Shown here: piece after piece, positions 8,363 through 18,016 of the stretch
Numbering within the stretch: position 1 is the stretch's first letter
Layout: every line of letters begins with the position of its first letter
Source: an uncultured Gemmatimonadales bacterium
GTDB lineage: Bacteria; Gemmatimonadota; Gemmatimonadetes; Gemmatimonadales; GWC2-71-9
Assembly: GCA_963695555.1 (NCBI GenBank)
Contig: CAVOGR010000001.1
Span: 1,056,001-1,120,000, forward strand
DNA: 64,000 nucleotides
Direction of reading: 5' to 3'
Made by a program: the position numbers and the translations under genes
Notes under the pieces: generated by a model
Databases searched by the model: none
Told to the model about the DNA's origin: nothing
Seen by the model: the letters and a program-made list of their open reading frames with translations, nothing else

Positions 8363-9819
8363 CACGGCGGATGCTTGACGAGCTCGTCACTGCTTTCCGG
8401 AGAGAAGGGCCGGTGATCTCGGCTCCTTCGGACCAGGTCGTCATCACGGGAGTGCGCGGCGATAGCCGAGCGGTGATGCCGGGTGATGTCTTTTGTGCGG
8501 TGCGCGGCACCGAGTCTGACGGCCACGACTTCGCCGCCGATGCAGTCGCCCGGGGCGCCTCCGCCATCGTGGCTGAACGCACGCTGGATGTGCCGGTACC
8601 CGTGGTCATCGTCTTGCAGGGACGGACGGCCGCCAGAATTGCGGGGGAAACGTGGTACGGCCGCCCGGCGGATCGCCTGTCATTGATTGGCGTGACCGGA
8701 ACGAACGGAAAGACCACGACCACGGCGTTGATCCGCCACCTCCTAAATGACGGAGGCACGGCGGGAAGCATCGGCACCCTCGGAGCACTCGACGGTAAGG
8801 GCTCTGCCGTGCCGTCCACGGCCGGCACACTCACAACGCCCGGACCCATCGACCTGCAGGCCACGCTGGCCGAGTTCGTGCGGCGCGGCACGACACATGT
8901 GGTTCTGGAGGCATCTTCCCACAGCCTCGACCAAGGCCGGCTGGACGGACTGCACTTTGCCGCCGCCGTGTTCACCAACCTGTCACGCGACCACCTCGAC
9001 TATCACGCCTCGATGGACGATTACCTGAACGCCAAGCTCCGGCTCGGCGCACACCTCGGACTCGACGGGGTCGAGGTCGTCAATCGGGACGATGCGGCCT
9101 GGAGTGCGCTGCCGCGACGCGGGCGCCGGGTAACCTTCGGCCTGGAGCGGGGTGCCGATGTCTGTGCACCCACCCGCGAACTGAGCGCCGCTGGGAGCCG
9201 ATTCCTCCTGGAAGGACGGTTCGGGGCATCCTGGGCTCAGGTGCCCTTGCTTGGAGAGTTCAACGTCTCGAACGCCCTCGCCGCCATTGCCAGCGCCGTG
9301 GCACTCGGAGTGCCGCTCGAGCGGGTCGTCGAGCGACTGCGGCACGCGCCTGCCGTTCCTGGCCGGATGGAGGTATTGACCGAGCACCCGTGCACGGTCA
9401 TCCGGGACTATGCCCATACTCCCGATGCGCTGGCGCGGGCACTGGGGGCGCTCCGGCCACTGACGCGTGGGCGCCTGATTGCACTGTTCGGGTGCGGCGG
9501 CGACCGGGATCCCGGCAAGCGTCCGATGATGGGGCAGGTAGCGGCGACGCACGCCGATTATGCGGTCGTCACGTCGGACAACCCGCGAAGGGAAGACCCC
9601 GATCGCATCATTGACGACATCGAGCGGGGCATGGGCAACGCGCCACACCGCCGCATCACGGACCGGGCGGAAGCCATCCGCACCATGTTGCAGGAGGTCG
9701 AGCAGGGCGATGTCCTGGTGCTGGCCGGCAAGGGGCACGAGACCTACCAGGTCATCGGCACGACCAAAGTGGACTTCGACGAGCGTCGTATCGTTACCGA
9801 GGCGCTGAGGCCGGCGTGA
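8359..9819 (+). CDS. murE: UDP-MurNAc-tripeptide synthetase MurE (meso-DAP type)
   Basis: GVTGTNGKTT, LTTP, EASSHSL, FTNLSRDHLDYH, DYAHTPDAL, GCGGDRD, TSDNPR (DAP motif), AGKGHE. Confidence 0.97.
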   Translation: MTRRMLDELVTAFRREGPVISAPSDQVVITGVRGDSRAVMPGDVFCAVRGTESDGHDFAADAVARGASAIVAERTLDVPVPVVIVLQGRTAARIAGETWYGRPADRLSLIGVTGTNGKTTTTALIRHLLNDGGTAGSIGTLGALDGKGSAVPSTAGTLTTPGPIDLQATLAEFVRRGTTHVVLEASSHSLDQGRLDGLHFAAAVFTNLSRDHLDYHASMDDYLNAKLRLGAHLGLDGVEVVNRDDAAWSALPRRGRRVTFGLERGADVCAPTRELSAAGSRFLLEGRFGASWAQVPLLGEFNVSNALAAIASAVALGVPLERVVERLRHAPAVPGRMEVLTEHPCTVIRDYAHTPDALARALGALRPLTRGRLIALFGCGGDRDPGKRPMMGQVAATHADYAVVTSDNPRREDPDRIIDDIERGMGNAPHRRITDRAEAIRTMLQEVEQGDVLVLAGKGHETYQVIGTTKVDFDERRIVTEALRPA

Positions 9820-11174
9820 CCCGGTGGTCTGATGCCTTCGTACGTGAAGCTCTCACCGGCTCGCCCCGAGGAGCCGATACCCGGCAGCGCTACAGCGAGA
9901 TTTCCACGGACACCAGGGCGCTCCGTCCCGGCGCGCTCTTCGTGGCGCTCGAAGGACCGCGATTCAACGGCCACGACTACCTAAGCGCGGCCCGCGCCGG
10001 CGGTGCCACGGGTGCGGTGGTCCGCCGGGGGACTCAGGCGGTGGACGGGCTCGAGTGCTACGAGGTCGAGGACACGCTCCACGCGCTCGGTGCGCTCGCC
10101 GCCGCGGTGCGGCACGAGATCCACGGACCGGTGGTGGCGGTGACAGGAACCAATGGCAAGACGAGCACCAAGGAGATGCTCGCCGCGGTGCTCAGGACTC
10201 GATTCGTAACCCACGCAACACCGGAGAACCTCAATAATCTCATCGGGGTCCCCCTTACCATCGTGTCGGCGCCGGAGGGCACCGAGGCGCTGGTGCTCGA
10301 AGCCGGCGCCAACGAGCCGGGTGAACTGGCTCGGCATCGCGCCATCATCGATCCGACCGTGACGGTGATAACGAACGTGGGCGCGGGACACCTCGAGGGC
10401 TTCGGGTCGGTCGAGATGGTACTTCACGAGAAGTTGGAGCTGGCGCGCGACGTGCCGCTGGCGGTGGTCGGCACCGCGCCGCCGGAGCTGGCAGCCGGAG
10501 TGCAACTCCGCGCGCGACGCAGCCTCACCGCGGGTGTGGCGGATGCCGACGTTGTACCCGAAGCGGTGACTGTCGGGCCGGATGGCAGGGCGCGGATCTC
10601 GGTCGATGGTGTCACGTTCACGCTGCCTTATGCCGGCCTGCACCTTGCCGCGAACGCGATGCTGGCCTGGGCATTGGTCCGCTCGCTCGATCTGGATCGG
10701 TCCCGCTCCGCCCGGGCGCTCGAATCGGTGACCTTCCCGGGCGGGCGCTCGGAAGTCGTGACTCGCGGCGGCATGACCATCGTCAACGACGCCTACAACG
10801 CCAATCCGGAGTCCTTCGCGGCGGCCATTGCGACGGCCCGTGCCATGCGTGCCGGCCGGCCGCTGGTGTTCGTTGCCGGCACTATGCGGGAACTCGGTCC
10901 GCGATCCCCGGCACTGCACGCGGAAGTGATGCGGCAGCTGGTCGAGCTCGAGCCCGCCATCCTGGCCGTCGTTGGCGACTTTGTGGAGGCCAGCACAGCC
11001 TATGCGGGGCGGCTTGGCGACCGTCTCCTGGCCGCTGCCGATCCGGTAGAACTGGGGCCGGCCCTGGCCGCGCGGTTGACCGGAAACGAGCTGGTGTTCC
11101 TCAAGGCATCCCGTGGTGTGGCGCTCGAACGTATACTTCCGTTCTTGTTCACCGGTTCCGACCAGCGTCGCTGA
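9816..11174 (+). CDS. murF: UDP-MurNAc-pentapeptide synthetase MurF
   Basis: STDTR, GPRFNGHDY, VTGTNGKTSTK, NNLIGVPLT, NDAYNANPES, MRELG, LKASRG. Confidence 0.96.
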   Translation: MTRWSDAFVREALTGSPRGADTRQRYSEISTDTRALRPGALFVALEGPRFNGHDYLSAARAGGATGAVVRRGTQAVDGLECYEVEDTLHALGALAAAVRHEIHGPVVAVTGTNGKTSTKEMLAAVLRTRFVTHATPENLNNLIGVPLTIVSAPEGTEALVLEAGANEPGELARHRAIIDPTVTVITNVGAGHLEGFGSVEMVLHEKLELARDVPLAVVGTAPPELAAGVQLRARRSLTAGVADADVVPEAVTVGPDGRARISVDGVTFTLPYAGLHLAANAMLAWALVRSLDLDRSRSARALESVTFPGGRSEVVTRGGMTIVNDAYNANPESFAAAIATARAMRAGRPLVFVAGTMRELGPRSPALHAEVMRQLVELEPAILAVVGDFVEASTAYAGRLGDRLLAAADPVELGPALAARLTGNELVFLKASRGVALERILPFLFTGSDQRR

Positions 11175-11180
11175 GGTTCC

Positions 11181-12308
11181 ATGTTCTATCATTGGCTCGC
11201 TCCGCTCAGCAGCACGCACATCATCTTCAATCTCTTCAATTACATCAGCTTCCGCGCCGCCGGCGCCACGGTGACGGCGCTGATGGTGGCCTTCTTGGCG
11301 GGCCCAAGTGTCATCCGGCGGCTCCAAGCACGGAAGGTGGGACAGGTGATTCGGGCCGACGGACCGGCCGCCCATCAGGAGAAGCGGGGCACGCCGACGA
11401 TGGGTGGGCTTCTGATCATTGTCGCCACCATCGTGCCGACGCTGCTCTGGGCGCAGCTTTCCAACCGGTTCGTTCAGGTGGCTATGGTGGCGACCGTGTG
11501 GATGGGGGCCATCGGATTCGTCGATGACTATCTCAAGGTCGTGCAAGGGAAGCCACGCGGCCTCGTCGCCAAGTGGAAGCTCGCCGGGCAAGTATCGTTT
11601 GGCCTGGCGCTTGCCCTGTTGTTGCTCTTCTTTCCCTTGGTCCCGCGCGAGACGATTCCCGCCACTGGGACGACGCTCCCCTTCTTCAAATATCTGATTC
11701 TCAATTTCTCGCCCGTGGTCTTCGTGCTCTTCGTCACGTTTATCATCACGGGCAGCACCAATGCCGTGAACTTGACCGACGGGCTCGACGGGCTCGCTAC
11801 CGGACTGGCCGCCATCGCCGCCTCCGCGTTTGGCGCGTTTGCCTACCTGCTCGGGCGGACCGACGCCACCGCGTATTTGAATCTGTATTACCTCCCCGGT
11901 GCCGGAGAGTTGACCATCTTTTGCGGGGCCTTGATGGGCGGGACGCTCGGGTTCCTCTGGTTCAATGCGCATCCGGCACGGGTATTCATGGGAGACACCG
12001 GGAGCCTGGCTATCGGCGGCGCGTTGGGGACCGTCTCGATTCTCCTCAAGTCCGAGTTCCTCCTGTTGTTGATCGGCGGCGTGTTCGTGGCGGAGACGGT
12101 CTCGGTGTTGCTGCAGACTGGCGTGTACAAGTGGTTCAAACGCACCCGGGGCCGGGAATACGCCGATGCGCATCGCGTGTTCCGGATGGCACCACTGCAT
12201 CATCATTTCGAGAAGCTCGGATGGGAGGAGACAACAGTCGTCACCCGGTTCTACGTCCTGGCCATCCTTTGCGCGCTCGTGGCCCTTTCGACGCTCAAGC
12301 TCAGGTGA
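11181..12308 (+). CDS. mraY: Phospho-MurNAc-pentapeptide translocase MraY
   Basis: KRGTPTMGG, GFVDDYLK, NAVNLTDGLDGL, FMGDTGSL, MAPLHHHFE. Confidence 0.98.
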   Translation: MFYHWLAPLSSTHIIFNLFNYISFRAAGATVTALMVAFLAGPSVIRRLQARKVGQVIRADGPAAHQEKRGTPTMGGLLIIVATIVPTLLWAQLSNRFVQVAMVATVWMGAIGFVDDYLKVVQGKPRGLVAKWKLAGQVSFGLALALLLLFFPLVPRETIPATGTTLPFFKYLILNFSPVVFVLFVTFIITGSTNAVNLTDGLDGLATGLAAIAASAFGAFAYLLGRTDATAYLNLYYLPGAGELTIFCGALMGGTLGFLWFNAHPARVFMGDTGSLAIGGALGTVSILLKSEFLLLLIGGVFVAETVSVLLQTGVYKWFKRTRGREYADAHRVFRMAPLHHHFEKLGWEETTVVTRFYVLAILCALVALSTLKLR

Positions 12309-13654
12309 TGTTCGACCGGTGGCGAACGAGTGACACGGAGGTTGCCGTGCTGGGCCTCGGCGCGAGCGGCACCTCGGCCACCCGGCTGCTGCGGCAGCAC
12401 GGGGTACGGGTGTACGCCTCCGACAGTTCCACCAACGACGACTTGGCGGCCGCCGCGGAGGCGCTCCGCGCTGACGGAGTCGAGGTCGACCTCGGCCGGC
12501 ACGATGTCGCCCGGGTCATGCGTGCGGCCGCGGTCATCGTCTCGCCCGGCGTGCCACCCGACGTCCCGGCCGTCGCGCGCGCGCGCGCGGCGGGAATCGA
12601 GCTCCTCGCCGAAGTCGACCTCGCAGCCCAGGTTCTCCGAGGCACACGCTGGGTCGGTATCACCGGCACCAATGGGAAGACGACCACCACCACGCTCACG
12701 GCCCTGGTGCTGACCGCGTGCGGGTTCCGCGCGGAAGCCGTTGGCAACATTGGGCGGCCCGTGAGCGAGGTGGCCTTCGAGGACCCCGCGCCCGAGTGGC
12801 TGGCGGTTGAATTGTCGTCGTTTCAGCTTCACGACGCGCCGCATCTCGATCTCGCGATCGGGGTCGTGACCAACCTGTCGCCCGACCACCTCGATCGCTA
12901 TCCGTCGCTCGACGCCTACTACGCGGACAAGGCACTCTTGTTCCGGAACGCCGGCCCCAAGAGCTGCTGGATATTGAATGGAGACGATGACGCGGTGGCA
13001 CGGTTGGCTCGCGGCGTACCGGGCATTCACCAGCACTGGAGTCTCCTCGGGCCAGCGGACGCGTGGTATCGCCGGTCGGACCGGATGCTCATGCTTGGGG
13101 ACCGACCGGTGCTGGAGCGCACCGAGTTCACCCTGCTCGGTGATCATAACGTGAGCAACGCGCTTGCCGCGGTGCTGGTGGCGGCTCGAGCGGGTGGGTC
13201 AGCGAAAGCCATTGCGGAGGGACTGCGCCGTGCCGGCCCCTTACCGCATCGGCTCGAGGTGGTGCGCGAGGTGAACGGAGTGCTGTGGATCAACGACTCC
13301 AAGGCCACCAACCTTGGCTCGACATCGGTTGCGGTGACGGCCTTGGACCGCCCTTTCGTGCTGCTCCTGGGCGGGCGCCACAAAGGGGAGCCCTATTCGC
13401 GGCTGGTGCCGCTCTTGAAGGGGTGCCGTGCCGTCGTTGCCTACGGGGAGTCACGGTCGATCATCGAACGCGACCTCGCCGACGCGGTTCCGGTGGTCGG
13501 GGTGGACTCCTTCGCGGACGTCTTGGACGAGGCAGCCCGGCTCGCCCGTCCGGGCGACGCCGTCTTGCTGTCCCCTGCGTGCTCCAGCTACGACATGTTC
13601 AAGAATTACCAGGAGCGTGGGGCCCAGTTTCGCGCCGCGGTGGAGGCCATGTGA
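12308..13654 (+). CDS. murD: UDP-MurNAc-L-Ala:D-Glu ligase MurD
   Basis: ATG 12308 overlaps the mraY TGA. Motifs GLGASG, SPGVP, GITGTNGKTT, ELSSFQL, DHLDRY, NDSKATN, LLSPACSSYDMF. Confidence 0.97.
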   Translation: MFDRWRTSDTEVAVLGLGASGTSATRLLRQHGVRVYASDSSTNDDLAAAAEALRADGVEVDLGRHDVARVMRAAAVIVSPGVPPDVPAVARARAAGIELLAEVDLAAQVLRGTRWVGITGTNGKTTTTTLTALVLTACGFRAEAVGNIGRPVSEVAFEDPAPEWLAVELSSFQLHDAPHLDLAIGVVTNLSPDHLDRYPSLDAYYADKALLFRNAGPKSCWILNGDDDAVARLARGVPGIHQHWSLLGPADAWYRRSDRMLMLGDRPVLERTEFTLLGDHNVSNALAAVLVAARAGGSAKAIAEGLRRAGPLPHRLEVVREVNGVLWINDSKATNLGSTSVAVTALDRPFVLLLGGRHKGEPYSRLVPLLKGCRAVVAYGESRSIIERDLADAVPVVGVDSFADVLDEAARLARPGDAVLLSPACSSYDMFKNYQERGAQFRAAVEAM

Positions 13655-14805
13655 GCCGAGAACGTCCCATCGTCCACCCCGGCGACTTCCGCTGGGAGAC
13701 TCATCTTCTCTTGATTGTCACGGCAGCCCTGGTGGTATTCGGACTGGCCAGCATGTACGGCGCGTCCAGCATCGTGTCGGGGAATCAGGGGTTTGCCGGC
13801 TCGAGTCTGGCCCTGCGTCAACTCGCAGGGGCGGTGGTCGGCACCATCTTGTTGCTGGTGGCTGCCCGGGTGGACTACCACTTCTGGCGGGCAATGGCAT
13901 GGCCGATCCTGCTGGCGACAATTGCCCTGCTGCTGATCTTGGTTCTGCCGTTCACGACTGCCGTCGCCCCGTCCTCCCACGGCGCCAGGCGGTGGATCCG
14001 TTTCGGTGTCCTGAGCTTCCAACCCTCCGAAGTCGCCCGGCTGGCTGTCGTGGTGTGGTGTGCCATGCTCGCGGCCAAGAAGGGACCACAAGTGCGCCGG
14101 TTCAAGAAAGGCGTGCTGCCGTTTCTCGTGATCCTGGGTCTGGTGTCGGGCTTGATCATGCTCGAGCCCGATCTGTCCATGGCCACGCTCGTGGCGCTTG
14201 TCGGAGGCATTGTGCTGTTCACCGCGGGCGCCAAGATTGGCCACTTTCTCTTGCTCGGCATGGGCGGCATCCTCCTGGTCTTCCACCAGATTCGCGATGC
14301 GCAGTACCGGTTGGCACGATTCACCACCTTTCTCAATCCCGGAGAAGGTGGCAGCGACGCCGCGCTCCAGATCCAGCAATCGCTGATCGGGATGGGGTCG
14401 GGCAGGATCATGGGCGTTGGATTCGGTGAGGGGCAACAGAAGCTGGGCTTCCTCCCATTGGCCTACTCCGACTTCCTGTTCAGCACCATCGGCGAAGAGT
14501 GGGGATTTCTCGGAGTCGTACTGGTGGTGCTGCTCTTCGGGCTCTTCGCCTGGCTCGGATTCCGGATCGCGCGGACGGCCTCGGATCCGTTTGGGCAGTA
14601 TCTCGCGGCAGGCATCACCGCGTCGGTCGTCGTCACCGCGGCCATGCACATGGCCGTGACCCTCGGTCTCATGCCCACGACGGGCCTGACTCTGCCGTTC
14701 ATGTCCCACGGCAGAACCAGCCTCGTGGTCGCGCTGCTCGGTACCGGAATCCTGATCAACATTGGGGCGCGGCGAGGGCGGCCGCCCAAACCCAGGTCAC
14801 GGTGA
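13651..14805 (+). CDS. ftsW: SEDS peptidoglycan polymerase FtsW
   Basis: GTG 13651. Motifs GARRWI, FQPSEVA, EPDLS, QIQQSLIGMGSG, DFLFSTIGEEWG, TGLTLPFMSHG. Confidence 0.95.
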   Translation: MSRERPIVHPGDFRWETHLLLIVTAALVVFGLASMYGASSIVSGNQGFAGSSLALRQLAGAVVGTILLLVAARVDYHFWRAMAWPILLATIALLLILVLPFTTAVAPSSHGARRWIRFGVLSFQPSEVARLAVVVWCAMLAAKKGPQVRRFKKGVLPFLVILGLVSGLIMLEPDLSMATLVALVGGIVLFTAGAKIGHFLLLGMGGILLVFHQIRDAQYRLARFTTFLNPGEGGSDAALQIQQSLIGMGSGRIMGVGFGEGQQKLGFLPLAYSDFLFSTIGEEWGFLGVVLVVLLFGLFAWLGFRIARTASDPFGQYLAAGITASVVVTAAMHMAVTLGLMPTTGLTLPFMSHGRTSLVVALLGTGILINIGARRGRPPKPRSR

Positions 14806-15959
14806 CCGGCTCCTCCGGGGCTCGCACCGACGGTCGCGAACGACGCGTCGTCATTGCCGGGGGAGGAACGGGCGGACACCTCATGCCCGCGCTGGCCATC
14901 GCCGCTCTGCTTCGGGAGCAGGCTCCAGATGTGGAGCCGGTGCTGGTTGGAGCACGCCGTGGCATCGAGGCCGAACTGCTGCGGCGGAGGCCGTTCCGAT
15001 ACCATCTGTTGCCGGCCCAGCCGATCTACCGCCGTCAGTGGTGGAAGAACGCCAGGTGGCCCTTGGTGCTTCCGGGTCTCTGGCGTGGTCTCCGCGCGAT
15101 TTTCGCGCTGGAGCGTCCGGCGGCGGTCCTCGGGACCGGTGGGTACGCCTCGGCCCCGGTGGTGTGGTGGGCCCTGCGTTCAGGCGTTCCCGTCGCGATC
15201 CAGGAACAGAACGCCTTTCCCGGCCTGGTCACGCGGCGATTTGCCGCGCGGGCGCGTCACGTCTATCTCGGACTTCCCGAGGCTGAGCGGCACCTCCGCC
15301 TCGGGTCCCACACCGAGCTCTTCGTGACGGGGAATCCGATCGCGCCTCCGACGCCCGAGGATCGCCCGGCCGCCCGGCGCCGATGGGGCATCGAGGACGA
15401 TGAATTTACCGTGCTCGTGACGGGTGGGAGCCAGGGCGCGCACGCCATCAACCAGGCCGTGAGCGCGTGGCTCGACGCGACAGGAGCCGCCGGGGTTACT
15501 CTCCTTTGGGTGACCGGTCGTGCGGGTTGGGATCGATTCAAGCGGTACCACGCGCCACCACGCGTCCGGGTGATCGATTTTCTCGACCCGATGGGGCATG
15601 GCTACGCCGCCGCCGATGCTGTGGTCAGCCGGGCCGGCGCGCTCACCGTGGCGGAACTCTGTGCCTGGGGTCTACCGAGTGTGCTCATCCCGTTGCCAAG
15701 TGCGGCAGCAGACCATCAGGCGAGAAACGCTGCGGCCATGGAGCAGGCTGGAGCGGCGTGGCACCTCAATCAGGAACGCCTCGATGGTGTGAGCCTCGGC
15801 GCGGCCATCGAACGGCTGCAATCGCAGCCAGAAACCCGGCAGGCAATGGGGCGGGCGGCCCGCGAGCGCGGCAGGCCGGATGCCGCCATGGAGATCGTGT
15901 CCCATCTGCGAACGCTCTTGGAACCGGTTGGGGTTTCGCAACTTACCGAACCTTCTTAG
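14802..15959 (+). CDS. murG: Lipid II GlcNAc transferase MurG
   Basis: GTG 14802. Motifs AGGGTGGHLMP, GTGGYAS, QEQNAFPG, TGNPI, GGSQGA, SRAGALTVAE, HQARNA. Confidence 0.97.
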   Translation: MTGSSGARTDGRERRVVIAGGGTGGHLMPALAIAALLREQAPDVEPVLVGARRGIEAELLRRRPFRYHLLPAQPIYRRQWWKNARWPLVLPGLWRGLRAIFALERPAAVLGTGGYASAPVVWWALRSGVPVAIQEQNAFPGLVTRRFAARARHVYLGLPEAERHLRLGSHTELFVTGNPIAPPTPEDRPAARRRWGIEDDEFTVLVTGGSQGAHAINQAVSAWLDATGAAGVTLLWVTGRAGWDRFKRYHAPPRVRVIDFLDPMGHGYAAADAVVSRAGALTVAELCAWGLPSVLIPLPSAAADHQARNAAAMEQAGAAWHLNQERLDGVSLGAAIERLQSQPETRQAMGRAARERGRPDAAMEIVSHLRTLLEPVGVSQLTEPS

Positions 15960-15974
15960 ATTAGCGCATTCGTA

Positions 15975-17345
15975 ATGAATCTTTTCGACGCTTCGGACCC
16001 GCGCCCAGTGCACTTCATGGGAGTTGGCGGCGCTGGGATGAACCCGTTGGCCGCCATCGTGCATGCGAATGGGATGTCGGTCACGGGGTGTGATCTCGAT
16101 CCGGCCGGCGCCGCCGATTTGGCCGCTCGCGGAATTCCAGTCGCCACAGGCCACGACCCGTCACATGTGGATGGGGCGCAGGCGGTGGTTGTCACAGCGG
16201 CGGTTGCGTCGGATCATCCCGAGCTTGGGCGCGCGCACGACCTTGGGGTGCGGGTGATTCAACGCAAGCGGCTCTTGGCGGAACTCGTTGCCGGATCACG
16301 GGTTGTGGGCATTTCCGGAACCCACGGCAAGACCACCACCACCACCATGGTCACGGAAGCACTGAGTGCCGCTGGCCTCGAGCCCACGGGAATTACCGGC
16401 GGCAGGGTTCGCGCCTGGCGGGGGAACGTCAAGATCGGAAGTCCGGAACTCTACGTGGTCGAGGCCGATGAGTACGATCAAGCGCTGCTCGAGTTGTATC
16501 CAACCATTGCCGTCGTGACGAACGTGGAGCCGGATCACCTCGATTCGTACGGGTCGGTTGCCGCGATGGAGTCGGCCTTTGTCCGGTTTGCCGAGCGGGC
16601 GGAGGTGGTCATTGCCGGCACCGACGATGCCGGCGCCAATCGTGTGGCACAGCAGCTGGCAGGAACGGTCTGGTCGTTCGGACTCGGCCGGGGCGACCTG
16701 GCGATCACCGAGGTCGATCACTCACCGACCGGAACGAGCGCCACGCTGTCGGTTCCGAATCGGGGAGCAGTCCGGCTGCGACTGCGTGTGCCTGGGCTCC
16801 ACAATGTGCGGAACGCCGCCGCTGCGGTTGGAGTTGTTGCGGCGCTCGACGCTCCACTCGAGCTCGCGCTGGAGGCCCTTGCCGAGTTCGAGGGAGTCGG
16901 CCGCCGCTTCGAGCGGGTGGGCGAGGTGGGCGGTGTCGTGGTGGTGGACGACTACGCGCACCATCCGACGGAGATCCTGGCGACGATCCAAGCTGCGCGC
17001 CAAGCGTTCCCCGGCCGACGCCTGGTGGCCGTCTTCCAGCCGCATCTCTACTCGAGGACCAAGCGGCTCGGGGACGCCCTAGGCGAGGCGTTGAGCGGCG
17101 CGGATCTCGTGGTGGTAACCGATGTCTATGCCGCTCGCGAGCTGCCGGTTGCGGGCGTCAGCGGCGAACAGGTGGCCAATGCAGCCACCCGCGCTGGGGT
17201 TCGGACGATCTATGAGCCGGAGCGTGATCGCCTCGGTCCTCGGGTGCGCGAAGTAATCCAATCGGGCGATGTCGTGCTGACCCTCGGGGCCGGAGACATC
17301 ACCCGGGTGGGCCGGGAACTGGTGGAATGGCCGGCCGTCGCGTGA
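15975..17345 (+). CDS. murC: UDP-MurNAc:L-Ala ligase MurC
   Basis: HFMGVGGAGM, GTHGKTTT, EADEYD, EPDHLD, GVGRRFE, DDYAHHPTE, FQPHLYSRT. Confidence 0.97.
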   Translation: MNLFDASDPRPVHFMGVGGAGMNPLAAIVHANGMSVTGCDLDPAGAADLAARGIPVATGHDPSHVDGAQAVVVTAAVASDHPELGRAHDLGVRVIQRKRLLAELVAGSRVVGISGTHGKTTTTTMVTEALSAAGLEPTGITGGRVRAWRGNVKIGSPELYVVEADEYDQALLELYPTIAVVTNVEPDHLDSYGSVAAMESAFVRFAERAEVVIAGTDDAGANRVAQQLAGTVWSFGLGRGDLAITEVDHSPTGTSATLSVPNRGAVRLRLRVPGLHNVRNAAAAVGVVAALDAPLELALEALAEFEGVGRRFERVGEVGGVVVVDDYAHHPTEILATIQAARQAFPGRRLVAVFQPHLYSRTKRLGDALGEALSGADLVVVTDVYAARELPVAGVSGEQVANAATRAGVRTIYEPERDRLGPRVREVIQSGDVVLTLGAGDITRVGRELVEWPAVA

Positions 17346-18016
17346 AGCGCGGCTGGTGGGTGGTGGGCGGCGCGGCCGTCGCCGCGGGCGTCTGGTTCGG
17401 CACACCTCAGGTATTTCGACACTTTCGATTTTTCGACGTACGCCGGATCGAGATCGTGGGGGCTCGCCACTTGTCGGCCGACATCGTCCTCGACGCGCTG
17501 GCACTGCCGGCCGACGCCAACGTGTTCGACGGTTTCAAGCGGGCGGGGCATCGGATTCGCGAGATACCGGGCGTGATCGATGCCCGGATCGGACGCCGGA
17601 TTCCTGGGACCCTCCGGGTCGTGGTGAGCGAGGCCGAACCGGTAGCCCTCTCACCCACGCGGGATGGACTCGCATTGCTCGACGTGTCAGGCGTTGCCTT
17701 GCCGTTCGATCCGGCACGCTCCGCGCCCGATTTGCCGGTCATCGCTGAAACGGATTCCGTGTTGACCACCCTGCTCGCCCGCGTGCGAAGCGCCGACCCC
17801 GATCTGTTCAGCCGGGTGTCGGCGGCGTCGCGCCGCGCCGGTGATGTCGTACTCGACCTCGGCCAATGGCGCTTGTGGCTGAGAAGCGATACCGAACCCG
17901 AGGTACTGATCGCAGCCATGGATGTGGCGCGCGACTTGACGCGACGAGGATGGAAATTCCAGGAACTCGACGCCCGCTTCGCCGGGCAGGTCATCGTCAG
18001 GGGCCGGGTCGCGTGA
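17327..18016 (+). CDS. ftsQ: Cell division protein FtsQ/DivIB
   Basis: N-terminal TM, POTRA-like region (IEIVGARH...RRIPGTLRVVVSE), C-terminal LDARFAGQVIVR. Lies directly before ftsA. Confidence 0.88.
   Translation: MAGRRVKRGWWVVGGAAVAAGVWFGTPQVFRHFRFFDVRRIEIVGARHLSADIVLDALALPADANVFDGFKRAGHRIREIPGVIDARIGRRIPGTLRVVVSEAEPVALSPTRDGLALLDVSGVALPFDPARSAPDLPVIAETDSVLTTLLARVRSADPDLFSRVSAASRRAGDVVLDLGQWRLWLRSDTEPEVLIAAMDVARDLTRRGWKFQELDARFAGQVIVRGRVA

Noticed and set aside
9981..12206. 741-aa minus-strand ORF, and similar long antisense ORFs (3387-4808, 17407-18975, 19279-20601, 34945-36828, 39452-40597)
   Set aside because: They mirror well-supported + strand genes and have no recognisable motifs. 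Stop-poor antisense frames are expected with high-GC codon bias.
11573..12307. Long N-terminal extensions in the ORF track for murD, ftsW, murG, ftsA, EIID, HPr, metK and btuD
   Set aside because: These are off-frame run-ups through the previous gene. The real starts sit at stop/start overlaps where family homology begins, so they are not fusions.
12574..12590. (GC)n dinucleotide run in murD
   Set aside because: It encodes ARARA in frame, and is short and unremarkable at this GC content.
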